NCBI GenBank assembly: GCA_964454905.1
Contig: CAYVTR010000001.1
Coordinates: 44,436-108,435 of the forward strand
Origin: an uncultured Woeseia sp.
GTDB taxonomy: Bacteria > Pseudomonadota > Gammaproteobacteria > Steroidobacterales > UBA11654
DNA: 64,000 bases
Reading direction: 5' to 3'
Under the pieces are notes generated by a model that saw only the letters and a list, made by a program, of their open reading frames with translations, had not been told where the DNA came from and searched no databases. Made by a program: the position numbers and the translations under genes. Positions 1-10,168 of the stretch are shown here, one piece after another. Numbering within the stretch: position 1 is the stretch's first letter; each line of letters begins with the position of its first letter.

Positions 1-302
1 CAATAGGGCTTCCATCAATATTAATCCCTTACCCTTATGCAATGGATAATCATCAGTTTTATAATGCTCAATTTCTTGAAAATAAAGGAGGAGCACTAAT
101 TATTAAAGATAAAGACCTTAATCCAGAGATCCTTGCAAAAAAAATTCATAGTATTTTTAACAAAGATAGAAAGTTAGAAAGCATGTCCGAGGCTGCTTTT
201 GATATGAATTTTGTTGATGCAACTGAGAACATTGTTAATTTTTGCTATAAAACTATTGAAAAGCATCGGTTATTTCATCTTCATGATGATTATCCGAATT
301 AG
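1..302 (+). CDS. murG: MurG glycosyltransferase, C-terminal fragment (5' end lies outside the window)
   Basis: The frame from nt 3 reads IGLPSILIPYPYAMDNHQFYNAQFLENKGGALII, the conserved MurG C-terminal region. It sits directly upstream of murB/ddl/ftsQ/ftsA. Confidence 0.85.
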   Translation, partial: IGLPSILIPYPYAMDNHQFYNAQFLENKGGALIIKDKDLNPEILAKKIHSIFNKDRKLESMSEAAFDMNFVDATENIVNFCYKTIEKHRLFHLHDDYPN

Positions 303-307
303 ACGTC

Positions 308-1195
308 ATGGGATTAATTAATTGTCTTCGTAATGAACTCTTATCTAATCATATTTCATGGAAGGTAGGAGGTCCGGCAGATATTTTCTTTATGCCAGAT
401 AATCGTGATGATTTATCTCAATTCTTAAAACTTAACGACGATAAGCCCATCACATGGCTGGGCAATGGAACCAATGTCCTAGTTAGGGATGGTGGTATTA
501 GGGGTGTTGTTATTTCAACAAAAAAATCTATAAATAAGATAAATATCGAAGCTAAGAATTCTTGCCGAGTTGAAGTGGGTGCTTCATGTATGGATTTGGC
601 ATTGTTTGCAGAGAAGAATCAATTGGGACCTGCAGCATTCTTCTCTGGAATCCCTGGATCAGTCGGTGGAGCATTGACAATGAATGCGGGTTCATTTGGT
701 CATGAAACTTGGGATTTTGTTGAGTCTATAGAAGTTATTGACGAAGATGGAGTTATAGATCACTTGGATCCAAAAGATTTCAGGTTTTCCTACAGGACAG
801 TTGAATTTCCCTACCCCCTCTGGTTTGTCTCTTGCCTAATGCAATTTCCTGAATCTGAAACAACCACTAAATCAGAATTGAAAGCAATGAGAGACCAGAG
901 ACTTAAAACACAGCCTCTTAGTGAGGACACTTGTGGTTCAGTTTTCAAGAATCCAGAGAAAGGACATGCTGGAGATTATATTGAGAGAGCAGGCTTGAAG
1001 GGGCATAGAATTGGTGGATCTTCTATATCGACTAAGCATGCAAATTTTATTGTCAATGAGGGTAATGCCACCTCAGCAGATATTGAGGATTTGATTAAAC
1101 ATGTTCAAAGCGTCGTCAAAACCAAGTTTAATGTAAACTTAGAGACCGAAGTCAGAATCATAGGCGAGAAAATTCATGTCGATGACAAATATTGA
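308..1195 (+). CDS. murB: UDP-N-acetylenolpyruvoylglucosamine reductase
   Basis: 295 aa. FAD-binding N-terminus (WKVGGPADIFF) and MurB C-terminal block (CGSVFKNP, AGDYIERAGLKG, STKHANFIVN). dcw context. Confidence 0.95.
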   Translation: MGLINCLRNELLSNHISWKVGGPADIFFMPDNRDDLSQFLKLNDDKPITWLGNGTNVLVRDGGIRGVVISTKKSINKINIEAKNSCRVEVGASCMDLALFAEKNQLGPAAFFSGIPGSVGGALTMNAGSFGHETWDFVESIEVIDEDGVIDHLDPKDFRFSYRTVEFPYPLWFVSCLMQFPESETTTKSELKAMRDQRLKTQPLSEDTCGSVFKNPEKGHAGDYIERAGLKGHRIGGSSISTKHANFIVNEGNATSADIEDLIKHVQSVVKTKFNVNLETEVRIIGEKIHVDDKY

Positions 1196-2096
1196 ATTTG
1201 GAAAAGTTGCTGTTTTGTTTGGTGGTAATTCATCAGAACGAGAAATTTCTCTACTATCAGGTGAAGCTGTTTATAACGCCTTAAACTCAAAAGGAGTCGA
1301 TGTTCACCTAATCGACACCAAAGAACCTTTTATAAAGCGATTATTAGATGAACAATTTAATAGTGTTTGGATAGCCCTCCATGGAGCAGATGGAGAGGAC
1401 GGGAAGGTTCAAAGTTTATTAGAACTATCAGATATACCGTTTACGGGTAGTCGAACCTTGAGTTGTTCTTTGACCATGAATAAGTTATTTACAAAAAAAA
1501 TGCTTACTGCTAATAATCACCAGACACCAGATTTTTTGATATTGGATGACACAACAACTTTCTCAGAAATTTCAGATACTTTAGGATCTCCATTCATTAT
1601 TAAGCCTTGTTCTCAAGGATCTAGTTTGGGTATTTTTATTATCAAAGATGAGGATCAATACAATGAGAAATATTTAGAAATTGATCAATTAAATGATTGG
1701 ATAATTGCTGAAGAATATTTTGATGGACCTGAATACACCGCTGGGTTCTTAGCAGATAAGGTGCTGCCCTTGGTAAAAATTGATGCCAGCAATGAAGAGT
1801 TTTATAACTATGAAGCTAAATACTTTAGTGATGAAACAAAATATATTTGCCCAAGCGAGTTAGATAAAGAGGTTGAAGAGAGTATCAAGAAAGAGTGTTT
1901 AATTATTTTCGAACTTTTTAATATAAGAGGATGGGGAAGAATGGACTTTTTCTTAAATGATGAAAATCGACCGGTGATTCTCGAAATCAATACTGTTCCT
2001 GGTATGACAACTCATAGCTTGGTGCCGATGGCAGCTAAAGCACAAGGAATAGATTTCAACACCCTTTGCTTAGAAATTTTAAAAAGCCAGTCTTGA
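1176..2096 (+). CDS. ddl: D-alanine--D-alanine ligase
   Basis: 306 aa. KVAVLFGGNSSEREISLLSG N-terminus and ATP-grasp C-terminus (EINTVPGMT). Overlaps murB by 20 nt. Confidence 0.95.
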   Translation: MSMTNIEFGKVAVLFGGNSSEREISLLSGEAVYNALNSKGVDVHLIDTKEPFIKRLLDEQFNSVWIALHGADGEDGKVQSLLELSDIPFTGSRTLSCSLTMNKLFTKKMLTANNHQTPDFLILDDTTTFSEISDTLGSPFIIKPCSQGSSLGIFIIKDEDQYNEKYLEIDQLNDWIIAEEYFDGPEYTAGFLADKVLPLVKIDASNEEFYNYEAKYFSDETKYICPSELDKEVEESIKKECLIIFELFNIRGWGRMDFFLNDENRPVILEINTVPGMTTHSLVPMAAKAQGIDFNTLCLEILKSQS

Positions 2097-2860
2097 TTAA
2101 TTTGAGTGTTCTAAAAAAAACTAAGAAGAATAAAAAGAAACAGAGCCGTTTTAATTTTTTTAGTAAATTTCGCCGAAGAAACAAAAACAAACGCCCCTAT
2201 AAGTTTCTTATACTTGTTGTAATATTTGCTCTAATACTGTCGTTTGTTCTGGTGTCTTTGAATCAACCCATTCGTGTGATCAATATAGAAGGAGATTTTA
2301 AGCGAGTCTCATTAAAAGCGTTCCAATCTATTACGTTAGATATTAAAAACGAAGGATTTTTAAGTTTTAGACAATCTTTATTTAGAAAGAAATTGGAATC
2401 CCTTGATTGGGTTCAGTCCGTTCAGTTGACTAAAGAATGGCCTGACACTGTTAATATCAATGTTACTGAAGATGATGTCGTTGGAATATGGAATAATGAA
2501 CTCTTATTGAATTCATCTGGCAGTTTATATGCTTTAGATAAAAGAGTTATTCCAGGCGAGTTAATACAGTTTTTCGGTCCTGACGAGTTAGTTGATCAAG
2601 TCTATAAGCAATTCAAACTGTATAATAATGAATTGATTGCAAGGGGTATTCTAATAGAAAAAATAGGCCTCGATTTAAGAGGCTCTTGGAGTCTAACAGT
2701 GAGACCGGGTATAGAAATCAAATTAGGGGATCTGAACACAGATGAAAGATTTAATAGATTTTTAATGATTTGGGATGAATCTCTATTAGAAAATTTTGAA
2801 TTAATTTCTTATATTGATCTTAGGTATGCAGAAGGTTTTGTGATAAAACGGAAGAATTAG
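2066..2860 (+). CDS. ftsQ: Cell division protein FtsQ
   Basis: Lys/Arg-rich N-terminal tail, one TM helix (FLILVVIFALILSFVLVSL) and a POTRA-like region. Lies between ddl and ftsA. The start is uncertain: TTG at 2066 overlaps ddl, and an in-frame TTG at 2102 is the alternative. Confidence 0.8.
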   Translation: MLRNFKKPVLINLSVLKKTKKNKKKQSRFNFFSKFRRRNKNKRPYKFLILVVIFALILSFVLVSLNQPIRVINIEGDFKRVSLKAFQSITLDIKNEGFLSFRQSLFRKKLESLDWVQSVQLTKEWPDTVNINVTEDDVVGIWNNELLLNSSGSLYALDKRVIPGELIQFFGPDELVDQVYKQFKLYNNELIARGILIEKIGLDLRGSWSLTVRPGIEIKLGDLNTDERFNRFLMIWDESLLENFELISYIDLRYAEGFVIKRKN

Positions 2861-2872
2861 GTTGAAAATATA

Positions 2873-4105
2873 ATGTCCAGAAGTAACTCCACTGAAATCA
2901 TAGCTGCCATTGATATTGGCACATCTAAAATAGTTGCTCTTATCGCAGAGATTAGTGATGATTCTGAGCTAAAAATTATTGGAGCAGGTACCCATAGATC
3001 CACAGGACTAAAGAAAGGAGTGGTTGTCAACATAGAAGCCACTATTGATTCCATTGCTAAGGCCATAGAGCAGGCAGAACAGGTAGCAGAGTGTGAGATT
3101 AATACAGTCTTTGCAGGTATAGCTGGAAGCCATGTAAGAAGCTATGATGGTCATGGTTTTGTCAGAATCAATAGCGGGGAAGTTAACCGTCATGATATAG
3201 CAGGTGCTATTGATGCTTCTAAGGCCATGAAAATCCCCTCCGAAGAAAGGATATTACATGTGTTACCAAAAGATTATGTTATAGACGGTCAGGATGGAAT
3301 TAGAGACCCTATGGGGATGTCTGGTATTCGTTTAGAGGCAGATGTTCACATCGTCACTATCTCAAGAAGTGCTGAGGAAAATATTATTAAGTCGCTTGAA
3401 CGTTGCAATTTGGAAGTGCAGGAAATTGTATTAGAACCTCTTGCATCCAGTATGTCTGTATTAACCAAAGATGAGAAAGATCTGGGGGTTTGTCTAATTG
3501 ATATTGGGGGCGGCACAACTGATATTGCTATTTTTAAAGATGGCCAAATTCTTACGACAAAAGTTATACCTATTGGTGGTGATCATGTAACCATAGATAT
3601 CGCTCATGAGTTGAAAACACCAATTGATAGCGCTGAAGAAATAAAAATAAAACACGCCTGTACACTGTCTCAGTTGAACGGATCTAATGACATGATTGAA
3701 GTGCCAAGTGTTGGTGATCGTGCCCCGAGACAAACAGATTTAAAAGTTCTCTCAACAGTTGTTGAACAGCGTTATCAAGAATTATTTGAAGTTGTATTAG
3801 ACGAAATTGGCAAGATGAACACTGACAACCTTAGAGCCGGTATTGTTTTGACGGGCGGCACTTCACAGCTCAGTGGAGCTGTTCAATTAGCAGAGGACGT
3901 TTTTTCTTCTGATGTCAGGCTGGGTTATCCCCGACAAATGAGCGGGGCTTTTGAAACCATAAATAGCCCAGAGAATGCAACTGGTGCAGGGTTACTCTTA
4001 TATGCACTTAAAAAGTTTCGGTCAAACCCTGAAGAATTGATAAAACAAAAGTCCTCTGCCTCGTTAATTGAAAAAACGAAAGCGTGGTTTAACTCAAATC
4101 TTTAA
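2873..4105 (+). CDS. ftsA: Cell division protein FtsA
   Basis: 410 aa. Actin-fold phosphate motifs AAIDIGTSKIVALI and DIGGGTTDIAIF. C-terminal amphipathic tail (LIEKTKAWFNSNL). Confidence 0.95.
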   Translation: MSRSNSTEIIAAIDIGTSKIVALIAEISDDSELKIIGAGTHRSTGLKKGVVVNIEATIDSIAKAIEQAEQVAECEINTVFAGIAGSHVRSYDGHGFVRINSGEVNRHDIAGAIDASKAMKIPSEERILHVLPKDYVIDGQDGIRDPMGMSGIRLEADVHIVTISRSAEENIIKSLERCNLEVQEIVLEPLASSMSVLTKDEKDLGVCLIDIGGGTTDIAIFKDGQILTTKVIPIGGDHVTIDIAHELKTPIDSAEEIKIKHACTLSQLNGSNDMIEVPSVGDRAPRQTDLKVLSTVVEQRYQELFEVVLDEIGKMNTDNLRAGIVLTGGTSQLSGAVQLAEDVFSSDVRLGYPRQMSGAFETINSPENATGAGLLLYALKKFRSNPEELIKQKSSASLIEKTKAWFNSNL

Positions 4106-4202
4106 TTCTCAATAAAAAACAAACATTTGAGTAATAATCTTTGTTTATGATAGTCTTTAGCTGCTTTAGAGATTTCTAAGAAAAAAAGAGAGGGTTAAGA
4201 TA

Positions 4203-5117
4203 ATGCTTCATCAGCGAACCTTAGGTAAAACAATATCTGCAGCAGGCGTTGGACTCCATAGCGGCGAAAAGGTTGAAATGACCTTAAGACCTGCATCTGA
4301 GGATACAGGAATCCGATTTAGAAGAGTTGATTGTAATCCCTCACAAGAAATTGAGGCTCATGCTAACAATGTCACTGATACTCAATTAGGAACCACTATC
4401 TCCCAAAATAATATTTCAGTTATGACAGTTGAGCACCTTTTAGCTGCTTTTGCAGGATTAGGGATCGACAATGCTTATATTGATATCCATGGACCTGAGG
4501 TGCCTATAATGGATGGGAGCGCAGCATCATTTATTTTATTAGTTGAGTTAGCCGGCATCACAGAACAAAGCAAACCAAAGAAATTTCTTAGGATTAAGAA
4601 AAATATTAGAGTTGAAGACGATGATAAATTTGCTGAGTTTAAACCTTTTGATGGTTACCGACTAAGTTTTCAAATTGAATTCGAGCACCCTATGATTCAA
4701 CATAAACTAACAAAATTTAGCTTTGATTTTTCTACTCTAACTTTCCTAAATGAAATCTCAAGAGCTCGGACTTTTGGCTTTCTAAAAGAGATTGAAACAT
4801 TAAGGGCAAATAATTTAGCTCTAGGTGGGAGTTTAGATAATGCCATTGTCCTTGATGATTATCGTATCTTAAACCAAGATGGATTAAGGTTTGAAGATGA
4901 ATTAGTTAGACATAAAATCCTTGATGCTATTGGCGACTTATATCTTATGGGTCATATTTTAGTTGGGGAATTTAATGGCTATAAATCTGGCCATGAACTA
5001 AATAATAAACTGATAAGAAAGCTTTACGCTGATGAATCTGCATGGGAAGAGGTCGAGGAGTCAGAAATCACTGACATACCTATTTCTTATTGGACCGCAG
5101 CTTTAGGTAAAGCTTAG
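4203..5117 (+). CDS. lpxC: UDP-3-O-acyl-N-acetylglucosamine deacetylase
   Basis: 304 aa. N-terminus QRTLGKTISAAGVGLHSGEKV parallels E. coli LpxC ([21 protein letters not shown]). HKILDAIGDL zinc/active-site block. GAGGG ribosome-binding site upstream. Confidence 0.95.
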   Translation: MLHQRTLGKTISAAGVGLHSGEKVEMTLRPASEDTGIRFRRVDCNPSQEIEAHANNVTDTQLGTTISQNNISVMTVEHLLAAFAGLGIDNAYIDIHGPEVPIMDGSAASFILLVELAGITEQSKPKKFLRIKKNIRVEDDDKFAEFKPFDGYRLSFQIEFEHPMIQHKLTKFSFDFSTLTFLNEISRARTFGFLKEIETLRANNLALGGSLDNAIVLDDYRILNQDGLRFEDELVRHKILDAIGDLYLMGHILVGEFNGYKSGHELNNKLIRKLYADESAWEEVEESEITDIPISYWTAALGKA

Positions 5118-5404
5118 TAAGTCTTTTTAACTAAACACTTTATTTTCTTTGGAACAAATCCTATTTGTTCACAAAGTTTTTTAATTCTTATTTCTTCAAA
5201 GCGTATTTTAGATGAGGCCTCAGGATTAATTGATTCGATAATCAAAACATTATTTTTTTCAAGATATGCATCAGTTATATGCTGACCTAGTGCCCCCATA
5301 TTTTTCTTTAAACTTTTTAAGATGATAGTTTTTTGATCTAAAGATTCTGAGATTTTACTAAAATCACTTAAGTCATTTTTTAATACATCTGAAATGTGTT
5401 TCAT
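5114..5404 (-). CDS. Small DUF721/DciA-like protein (putative helicase-loader family)
   Basis: 96 aa on the opposite strand between lpxC and secA, a position where I recall DUF721 genes in other Gammaproteobacteria that lack secM. The pattern LGQHITDAYLEKNNVLIIESINPEASSKIRFEE...L...G...KKIKCLV fits my memory of DUF721. Not verified by HMM. Confidence 0.45.
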   Translation of the reverse strand: MKHISDVLKNDLSDFSKISESLDQKTIILKSLKKNMGALGQHITDAYLEKNNVLIIESINPEASSKIRFEEIRIKKLCEQIGFVPKKIKCLVKKTY

Positions 5405-5532
5405 CGTGCTGCTATCTATTTACTTATGAATGATAATATTTTTTAGCTTCAGGTTATAATATCAGCTCATAAAACCTAATAAACTTAAATACTTATTTTT
5501 ACTTCTGATCTAATTAATATCTGAGGCAACTT

Positions 5533-8244
5533 TTGAAAGAATTATTTAAAAGAATTTTTGGTAGCAGCAATCAAAGATTATTGAATCAGTATTCTAAGAT
5601 TGTTCATCAGATTAATACCTTAGAGGATGAAATTACTAGCTTAAGTGATAGTGATTTATTAGCAAAAACAGATGAACTCAAATCCCTTTATGAGTCAAAT
5701 AAAGATCTAGATAGCTTTTTACCGATGGCTTTCGCAGTGGTCAGAGAAGCTTCAAAAAGAACCATCGGGCTTAGGCATTATGATGTTCAATTGATTGGAG
5801 GCATCACTTTGCATCATGGGAAAATCTCTGAGATGAAAACCGGAGAAGGCAAAACTTTGGTTTCAACATTACCTGCTTATTTAAATTCATTATCTGGTAA
5901 TAGCGTGCATATTATAACTGTTAATGAATATCTCGCAGAAAGAGATGCTGAATGGATGAGACCTATTTATGAATTTTTAGGTTTAACAGTGGGCTGTATT
6001 AAATCAAACCAGAATCATGCGGAAAAGAAAGCGGCCTATGAATGCGATATTACTTATGGCACAAATAATGAGTTTGGTTTCGATTATTTAAGAGACAATT
6101 TATCTTATGAAAGCGAATCACAATCTCAAGGTAAATTAGCTTTTGCTATTGTTGATGAGGTTGACTCGATTCTTATTGATGAAGCAAGAACCCCTTTAAT
6201 TATTTCTGGTCAAGCAGATCAAAGTACTGATTTATATCAAAAAATGAATTCAATAGTTAGCCAATTAAACCCTGCAATAAGTGAATCAGAGACAAATGAT
6301 TACACGATTGATGAGAAAACTAAACAAATCTACCTCACTGAAACAGGACATTCAAATGTAGAAAAGATTTTAATGAAGATGGGTTTATTGGAACAGGGTG
6401 AAAGCTTATACGATCCAAAAAATATAAGATATATGCATCATATTAACGCAGCAATTAGAGCACATAAACTCTTTAATAAGGATGTCGATTATATTGTTAA
6501 AGATGGTGAGGTAGTCATTGTTGATGAATTCACTGGACGAACCATGGCAGGCAGACGTTGGTCAGATGGTCTTCATCAAGCGGTTGAAGCAAAAGAAAGA
6601 TTAAGGATTAAAGAAGAGAATCAAACCATAGCATCAATTACATTCCAGAACTATTTTAGACTCTATGAAAAACTCTCTGGAATGACTGGTACTGCTGACA
6701 CAGAGGCTTTTGAATTTGATCAAATTTATGGCTTAGAAGTGGTTGTTATACCAACTGATGAACCAATGATTAGAGATGATCAGGCTGATTTAGTGTATTT
6801 GAATATGGAAGGGAAGTTTAAAAATATTATTAAAGATATTAAGAATAGACAAGAAAAAAATCAGCCAATTTTAGTTGGAACTGCCTCAATAGAAAATTCG
6901 GAGTATATTTCAAATCTATTAAATAAAGAAGGCATTAAGCACGAAGTACTAAATGCCAAACAACATAAAAAAGAATCAATAATAATTGCACAAGCAGGAA
7001 AACCAGGTGCAGTGACCATTGCTACCAATATGGCAGGAAGAGGAACTGACATAGTACTGGGTGGTAATTTTGAGGCAGAATTGAAATTATCTGGTAATGA
7101 AATCAGCGACGAGAAAATGGCACTTCTCAAAGACGATTGGCAGAAGAAACATGATGTGGTTATTGAAGCTGGGGGACTGCATATCATTGGCACTGAACGT
7201 CATGAATCAAGAAGAATTGATAATCAGCTTAGAGGACGAGCTGGTCGACAAGGTGACCCTGGTTCAAGTAGGTTTTATTTATCTCTAGATGATGATTTAT
7301 TGAGAATTTTTGGTGATCCGGAAAAAACACAGAACATGTTATCTCGAGTTGGCATGGAGGAGGGCGAAGCTATAGAGAGTAATTTGCTGACACGTCAAAT
7401 AGAAAGAGCTCAAAGAAAAGTTGAATCACATAATTTTGACATGAGGAAAAATCTTCTTGAATATGATGATGTTGCGAATGATCAAAGAGCAGTTATTTAT
7501 CAATTAAGAAATGACATTCTTACTGCAGAAAGTATCAACGACATGCTTGAAGGGATAGGCGAAGAAGCTATTCAAGAATTGACTAGCCAATACGTTGATC
7601 CGGATTCCATGGAAGAAACTTGGGATCTTGATGGTTTGAGTCAGTCTATCTATAACGATTTTATGATTTCTTTAGATCTTGAATCAATGATAAATCAAGA
7701 TGATTCATTAAATGCTGACAATATTTGGAAGGTTATTTTTGAAGAATTCACACGAAACTACAGCGCTAAAGAAAGTTCAATAGGCGAAAGACCAATGAGA
7801 GAAATTGAAAAGGCTGTAATGCTTCAGCAACTTGATATGCAATGGCGCGAACACCTAGCAGCAATGGATCATTTAAGACAAGGGATTCATCTAAGGGGTT
7901 ATGCACAAAAGAACCCAAAACAGGAATATAAAAGAGAATCTTTTGAAATGTTCTCTTTTATGATGGATCAGTTGAAATTTAATGTAATTAGTATTCTGTC
8001 TAGAGCGCGATTCAGAGGTGAAGAAGATGCAGAGACTGTGAATGAGCAAATGCCAAATGTTGATGAGGTTCAACTTCAACATAAAGATGCTTCTATATTT
8101 AAGTCTGCCGATACTAAAGCCGAACCTGTACAAAACATAACTAAACCTTTTATAAGAGATCAGAAGAAAATAGGAAGGAATGAACCATGCCCCTGTGGTT
8201 CAGGCAAAAAATATAAAAAATGTCATGGGGCTATCGAGCAATAG
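5533..8244 (+). CDS. secA: Preprotein translocase ATPase SecA
   Basis: 903 aa with a TTG start. Motor motifs [27 protein letters not shown] and [11 protein letters not shown]-terminal zinc finger [14 protein letters not shown]. Confidence 0.97.
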   Translation: MKELFKRIFGSSNQRLLNQYSKIVHQINTLEDEITSLSDSDLLAKTDELKSLYESNKDLDSFLPMAFAVVREASKRTIGLRHYDVQLIGGITLHHGKISEMKTGEGKTLVSTLPAYLNSLSGNSVHIITVNEYLAERDAEWMRPIYEFLGLTVGCIKSNQNHAEKKAAYECDITYGTNNEFGFDYLRDNLSYESESQSQGKLAFAIVDEVDSILIDEARTPLIISGQADQSTDLYQKMNSIVSQLNPAISESETNDYTIDEKTKQIYLTETGHSNVEKILMKMGLLEQGESLYDPKNIRYMHHINAAIRAHKLFNKDVDYIVKDGEVVIVDEFTGRTMAGRRWSDGLHQAVEAKERLRIKEENQTIASITFQNYFRLYEKLSGMTGTADTEAFEFDQIYGLEVVVIPTDEPMIRDDQADLVYLNMEGKFKNIIKDIKNRQEKNQPILVGTASIENSEYISNLLNKEGIKHEVLNAKQHKKESIIIAQAGKPGAVTIATNMAGRGTDIVLGGNFEAELKLSGNEISDEKMALLKDDWQKKHDVVIEAGGLHIIGTERHESRRIDNQLRGRAGRQGDPGSSRFYLSLDDDLLRIFGDPEKTQNMLSRVGMEEGEAIESNLLTRQIERAQRKVESHNFDMRKNLLEYDDVANDQRAVIYQLRNDILTAESINDMLEGIGEEAIQELTSQYVDPDSMEETWDLDGLSQSIYNDFMISLDLESMINQDDSLNADNIWKVIFEEFTRNYSAKESSIGERPMREIEKAVMLQQLDMQWREHLAAMDHLRQGIHLRGYAQKNPKQEYKRESFEMFSFMMDQLKFNVISILSRARFRGEEDAETVNEQMPNVDEVQLQHKDASIFKSADTKAEPVQNITKPFIRDQKKIGRNEPCPCGSGKKYKKCHGAIEQ

Positions 8245-8250
8245 GTTTTT

Positions 8251-8649
8251 GTGACTATTCATGAAAAGCCTTTGCAGGTAGTCATTGGCATTATAGGTAA
8301 CTCGAAGGGTGAATTTCTTTTATCAACCAGACACACTAAGCCTATCTATGATGATTATCTAGAATTTCCTGGGGGTAAGGTTAAATCTCCTGAAACAAAT
8401 GAGGATGCCCTAATCAGGGAGCTTAGAGAAGAGATTACCATCCATGCTGAGGAATTCTACGCAATGGATTCTATTGTTTGTCTATTTGATAACCTTAACA
8501 TTGAACTTCATCCTTATAGGGTTAAAAGTTTTTCAGGTAAGCCCATGGCTAATGAAGAAGAGGATATTATATGGGTGAGTAAGGAGCACCTTAAGGAGAA
8601 AAAAATCTTACCTGGAAGCATAGAGGTTTTTGATAATTTATTAAGCTAG
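8251..8649 (+). CDS. mutT: Nudix hydrolase, MutT-like 8-oxo-dGTP diphosphatase
   Basis: 132 aa with a GTG start. Nudix box GGKVKSPETNEDALIRELREEITI. Directly downstream of secA, the classical secA-mutT arrangement. Confidence 0.8.
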   Translation: MTIHEKPLQVVIGIIGNSKGEFLLSTRHTKPIYDDYLEFPGGKVKSPETNEDALIRELREEITIHAEEFYAMDSIVCLFDNLNIELHPYRVKSFSGKPMANEEEDIIWVSKEHLKEKKILPGSIEVFDNLLS

Positions 8650-8650
8650 A

Positions 8651-9421
8651 TCAACAAAGAGAAATTTTGAAATCAACATTCTCTTGATATTGCTGATAAT
8701 TATCGTCACCAGTGTTTTCAAAAAATCGAACGGCAATCAAGTGCTTGCCACCACTAATTTCAGGGAATATTTTCTTATTTTTTAGAAAAATTCTCACAAG
8801 TGAAATTTGAGTTCGCCTTTCTATTTGATGATTATATTGACCTCCGACAGCTATCGTTGCAATTGGTTCACTGCTTTCCCTTATGATCCACATTAATTTA
8901 TCAATGCCTTCACTAATTGGACGGACAATATCAACCCAAGTAGTGATTTTTTTACTAACAAGTCTCTTATCTCCTTCAAGAAAAAATTTGTATTTAGGTA
9001 AATCAAATTCAGCTTTACCACCTGGTAAAGTATGTCGATGTAACAAAGATGCAAGAAATTCATCTGTCCTTAACCGGGTCAGGTAATCAGTTCCTATATC
9101 AACTACCTCTTCTTTAATTAATTCTAGATCTTCAAGGATATTTGTCACCGTATTAGAATCAGCATCAGGAACCGACTGAAATCGTTGCATTTGCATTATG
9201 TATCTATCCAAATCTGCTAAAACTTCTCTGCGCACATCAGTTCTAGATAAAATTGAATATATTTCCAAGATAGTATGAATGACTGTCCGAGTTTCCCAAC
9301 TATCTTTTAAATCAGATGAGAAGTATCTTAGGCGAGCATAAAGGAATTCAATTCTCATGAATGTCCTTAGTCTTTCGTTTAATGGGAGTTCATATACTCC
9401 TTGTTCCATACATAAAGCCAA
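8651..9421 (-). CDS. zapD: Cell division protein ZapD (FtsZ-ring stabiliser)
   Basis: N-terminus YELPLNERLRTFMRIEFLYARL matches E. coli ZapD (FEHPLNEKMRTWLRIEFL). Adjacent to coaE as in E. coli. The true start is more likely the Met at 9409 (MEQGVYELPLNE). Confidence 0.85.
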   Translation of the reverse strand: MALCMEQGVYELPLNERLRTFMRIEFLYARLRYFSSDLKDSWETRTVIHTILEIYSILSRTDVRREVLADLDRYIMQMQRFQSVPDADSNTVTNILEDLELIKEEVVDIGTDYLTRLRTDEFLASLLHRHTLPGGKAEFDLPKYKFFLEGDKRLVSKKITTWVDIVRPISEGIDKLMWIIRESSEPIATIAVGGQYNHQIERRTQISLVRIFLKNKKIFPEISGGKHLIAVRFFENTGDDNYQQYQENVDFKISLC

Positions 9422-9473
9422 TTGTTAGAAAAGTATAAAATAGCACTTAGGGTTATTGATGTAACCTTTTTAT

Positions 9474-10076
9474 TTATAAAGTGCTGTAAAAATCGTTTAG
9501 TTGTATTACTTCAGTTTTGAGTTGATCAAAACTGGTACCTTCTTCATTAACAATGACATCATCACAAATTGCTCTTTTGCTCTCTAAATTTGCTTGGTTT
9601 TCAATAATGCTCTGAGCTTGTTGTTTAGTGCAATTGTCTCTTTTAATCAATCGCCTGATTTGAGTTTCAATTGAGCAATCTATAAGTAAAACTCTATCCA
9701 TTAATTTATTCATGCCTGTTTCAATCATGAGAGGGACAGCGATTATTAAATAAGGCGCAGTTGAATCAGAGATATTGTTATTAATTTCATTAAGTACTTT
9801 TGGATGGATTATATTTTCTAAGGCTTTTTTTTCAGCTACATCATTAAATATTATTGATCTTAATTGCTGTCTATCTAATTCGCCATCTAATCCAAGTATT
9901 TTTTTACCAAAATGATCTAAAATTTCTTCGAAAGCCAGACCATCCTTTTTTGTTATATCGTGTGATATTTTGTCTGCATCGATGATTTCAACAGATAGTT
10001 GTGAGAACAAGTCACAGACAGTTGATTTACCTGAAGCAATGCCACCTGTTAATCCAATTTTTAAAGTATCGTTCAT
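9474..10076 (-). CDS. coaE: Dephospho-CoA kinase
   Basis: 200 aa. P-loop IGLTGGIASGKSTV. coaE-zapD synteny. Confidence 0.9.
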   Translation of the reverse strand: MNDTLKIGLTGGIASGKSTVCDLFSQLSVEIIDADKISHDITKKDGLAFEEILDHFGKKILGLDGELDRQQLRSIIFNDVAEKKALENIIHPKVLNEINNNISDSTAPYLIIAVPLMIETGMNKLMDRVLLIDCSIETQIRRLIKRDNCTKQQAQSIIENQANLESKRAICDDVIVNEEGTSFDQLKTEVIQLNDFYSTL

Positions 10077-10168
10077 AAAAATAATAAAAAGGTTTAATTC
10101 ATTACTAGTTTAGATGAAAATAGCCTTTTGTTATAACTGAGTAATAATTATTTAAATTTTCTCATCTA

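Noticed and set aside
2066-2200. Extremely Lys/Arg-rich N-terminus of FtsQ (KKTKKNKKKQSRFNFFSKFRRRNKNKR), considered as a possible separate small basic protein or a frameshift.
   Set aside because: It is continuous in frame with the TM helix and POTRA region. Basic cytoplasmic tails are common in FtsQ, and A-rich codons are expected in this AT-rich genome.
5423-5440. Fur-box-like string CTTATGAATGATAATATT in the DciA-like/secA intergenic region. It contains the Fur-consensus 9-mer AATGATAAT and superficially resembles the island operator.
   Set aside because: The half-site spacing is one base shorter than in the nine operator sites, so ATC/GAT cannot both be aligned. It is a single occurrence in an AT-rich region next to non-iron genes and is most likely chance.
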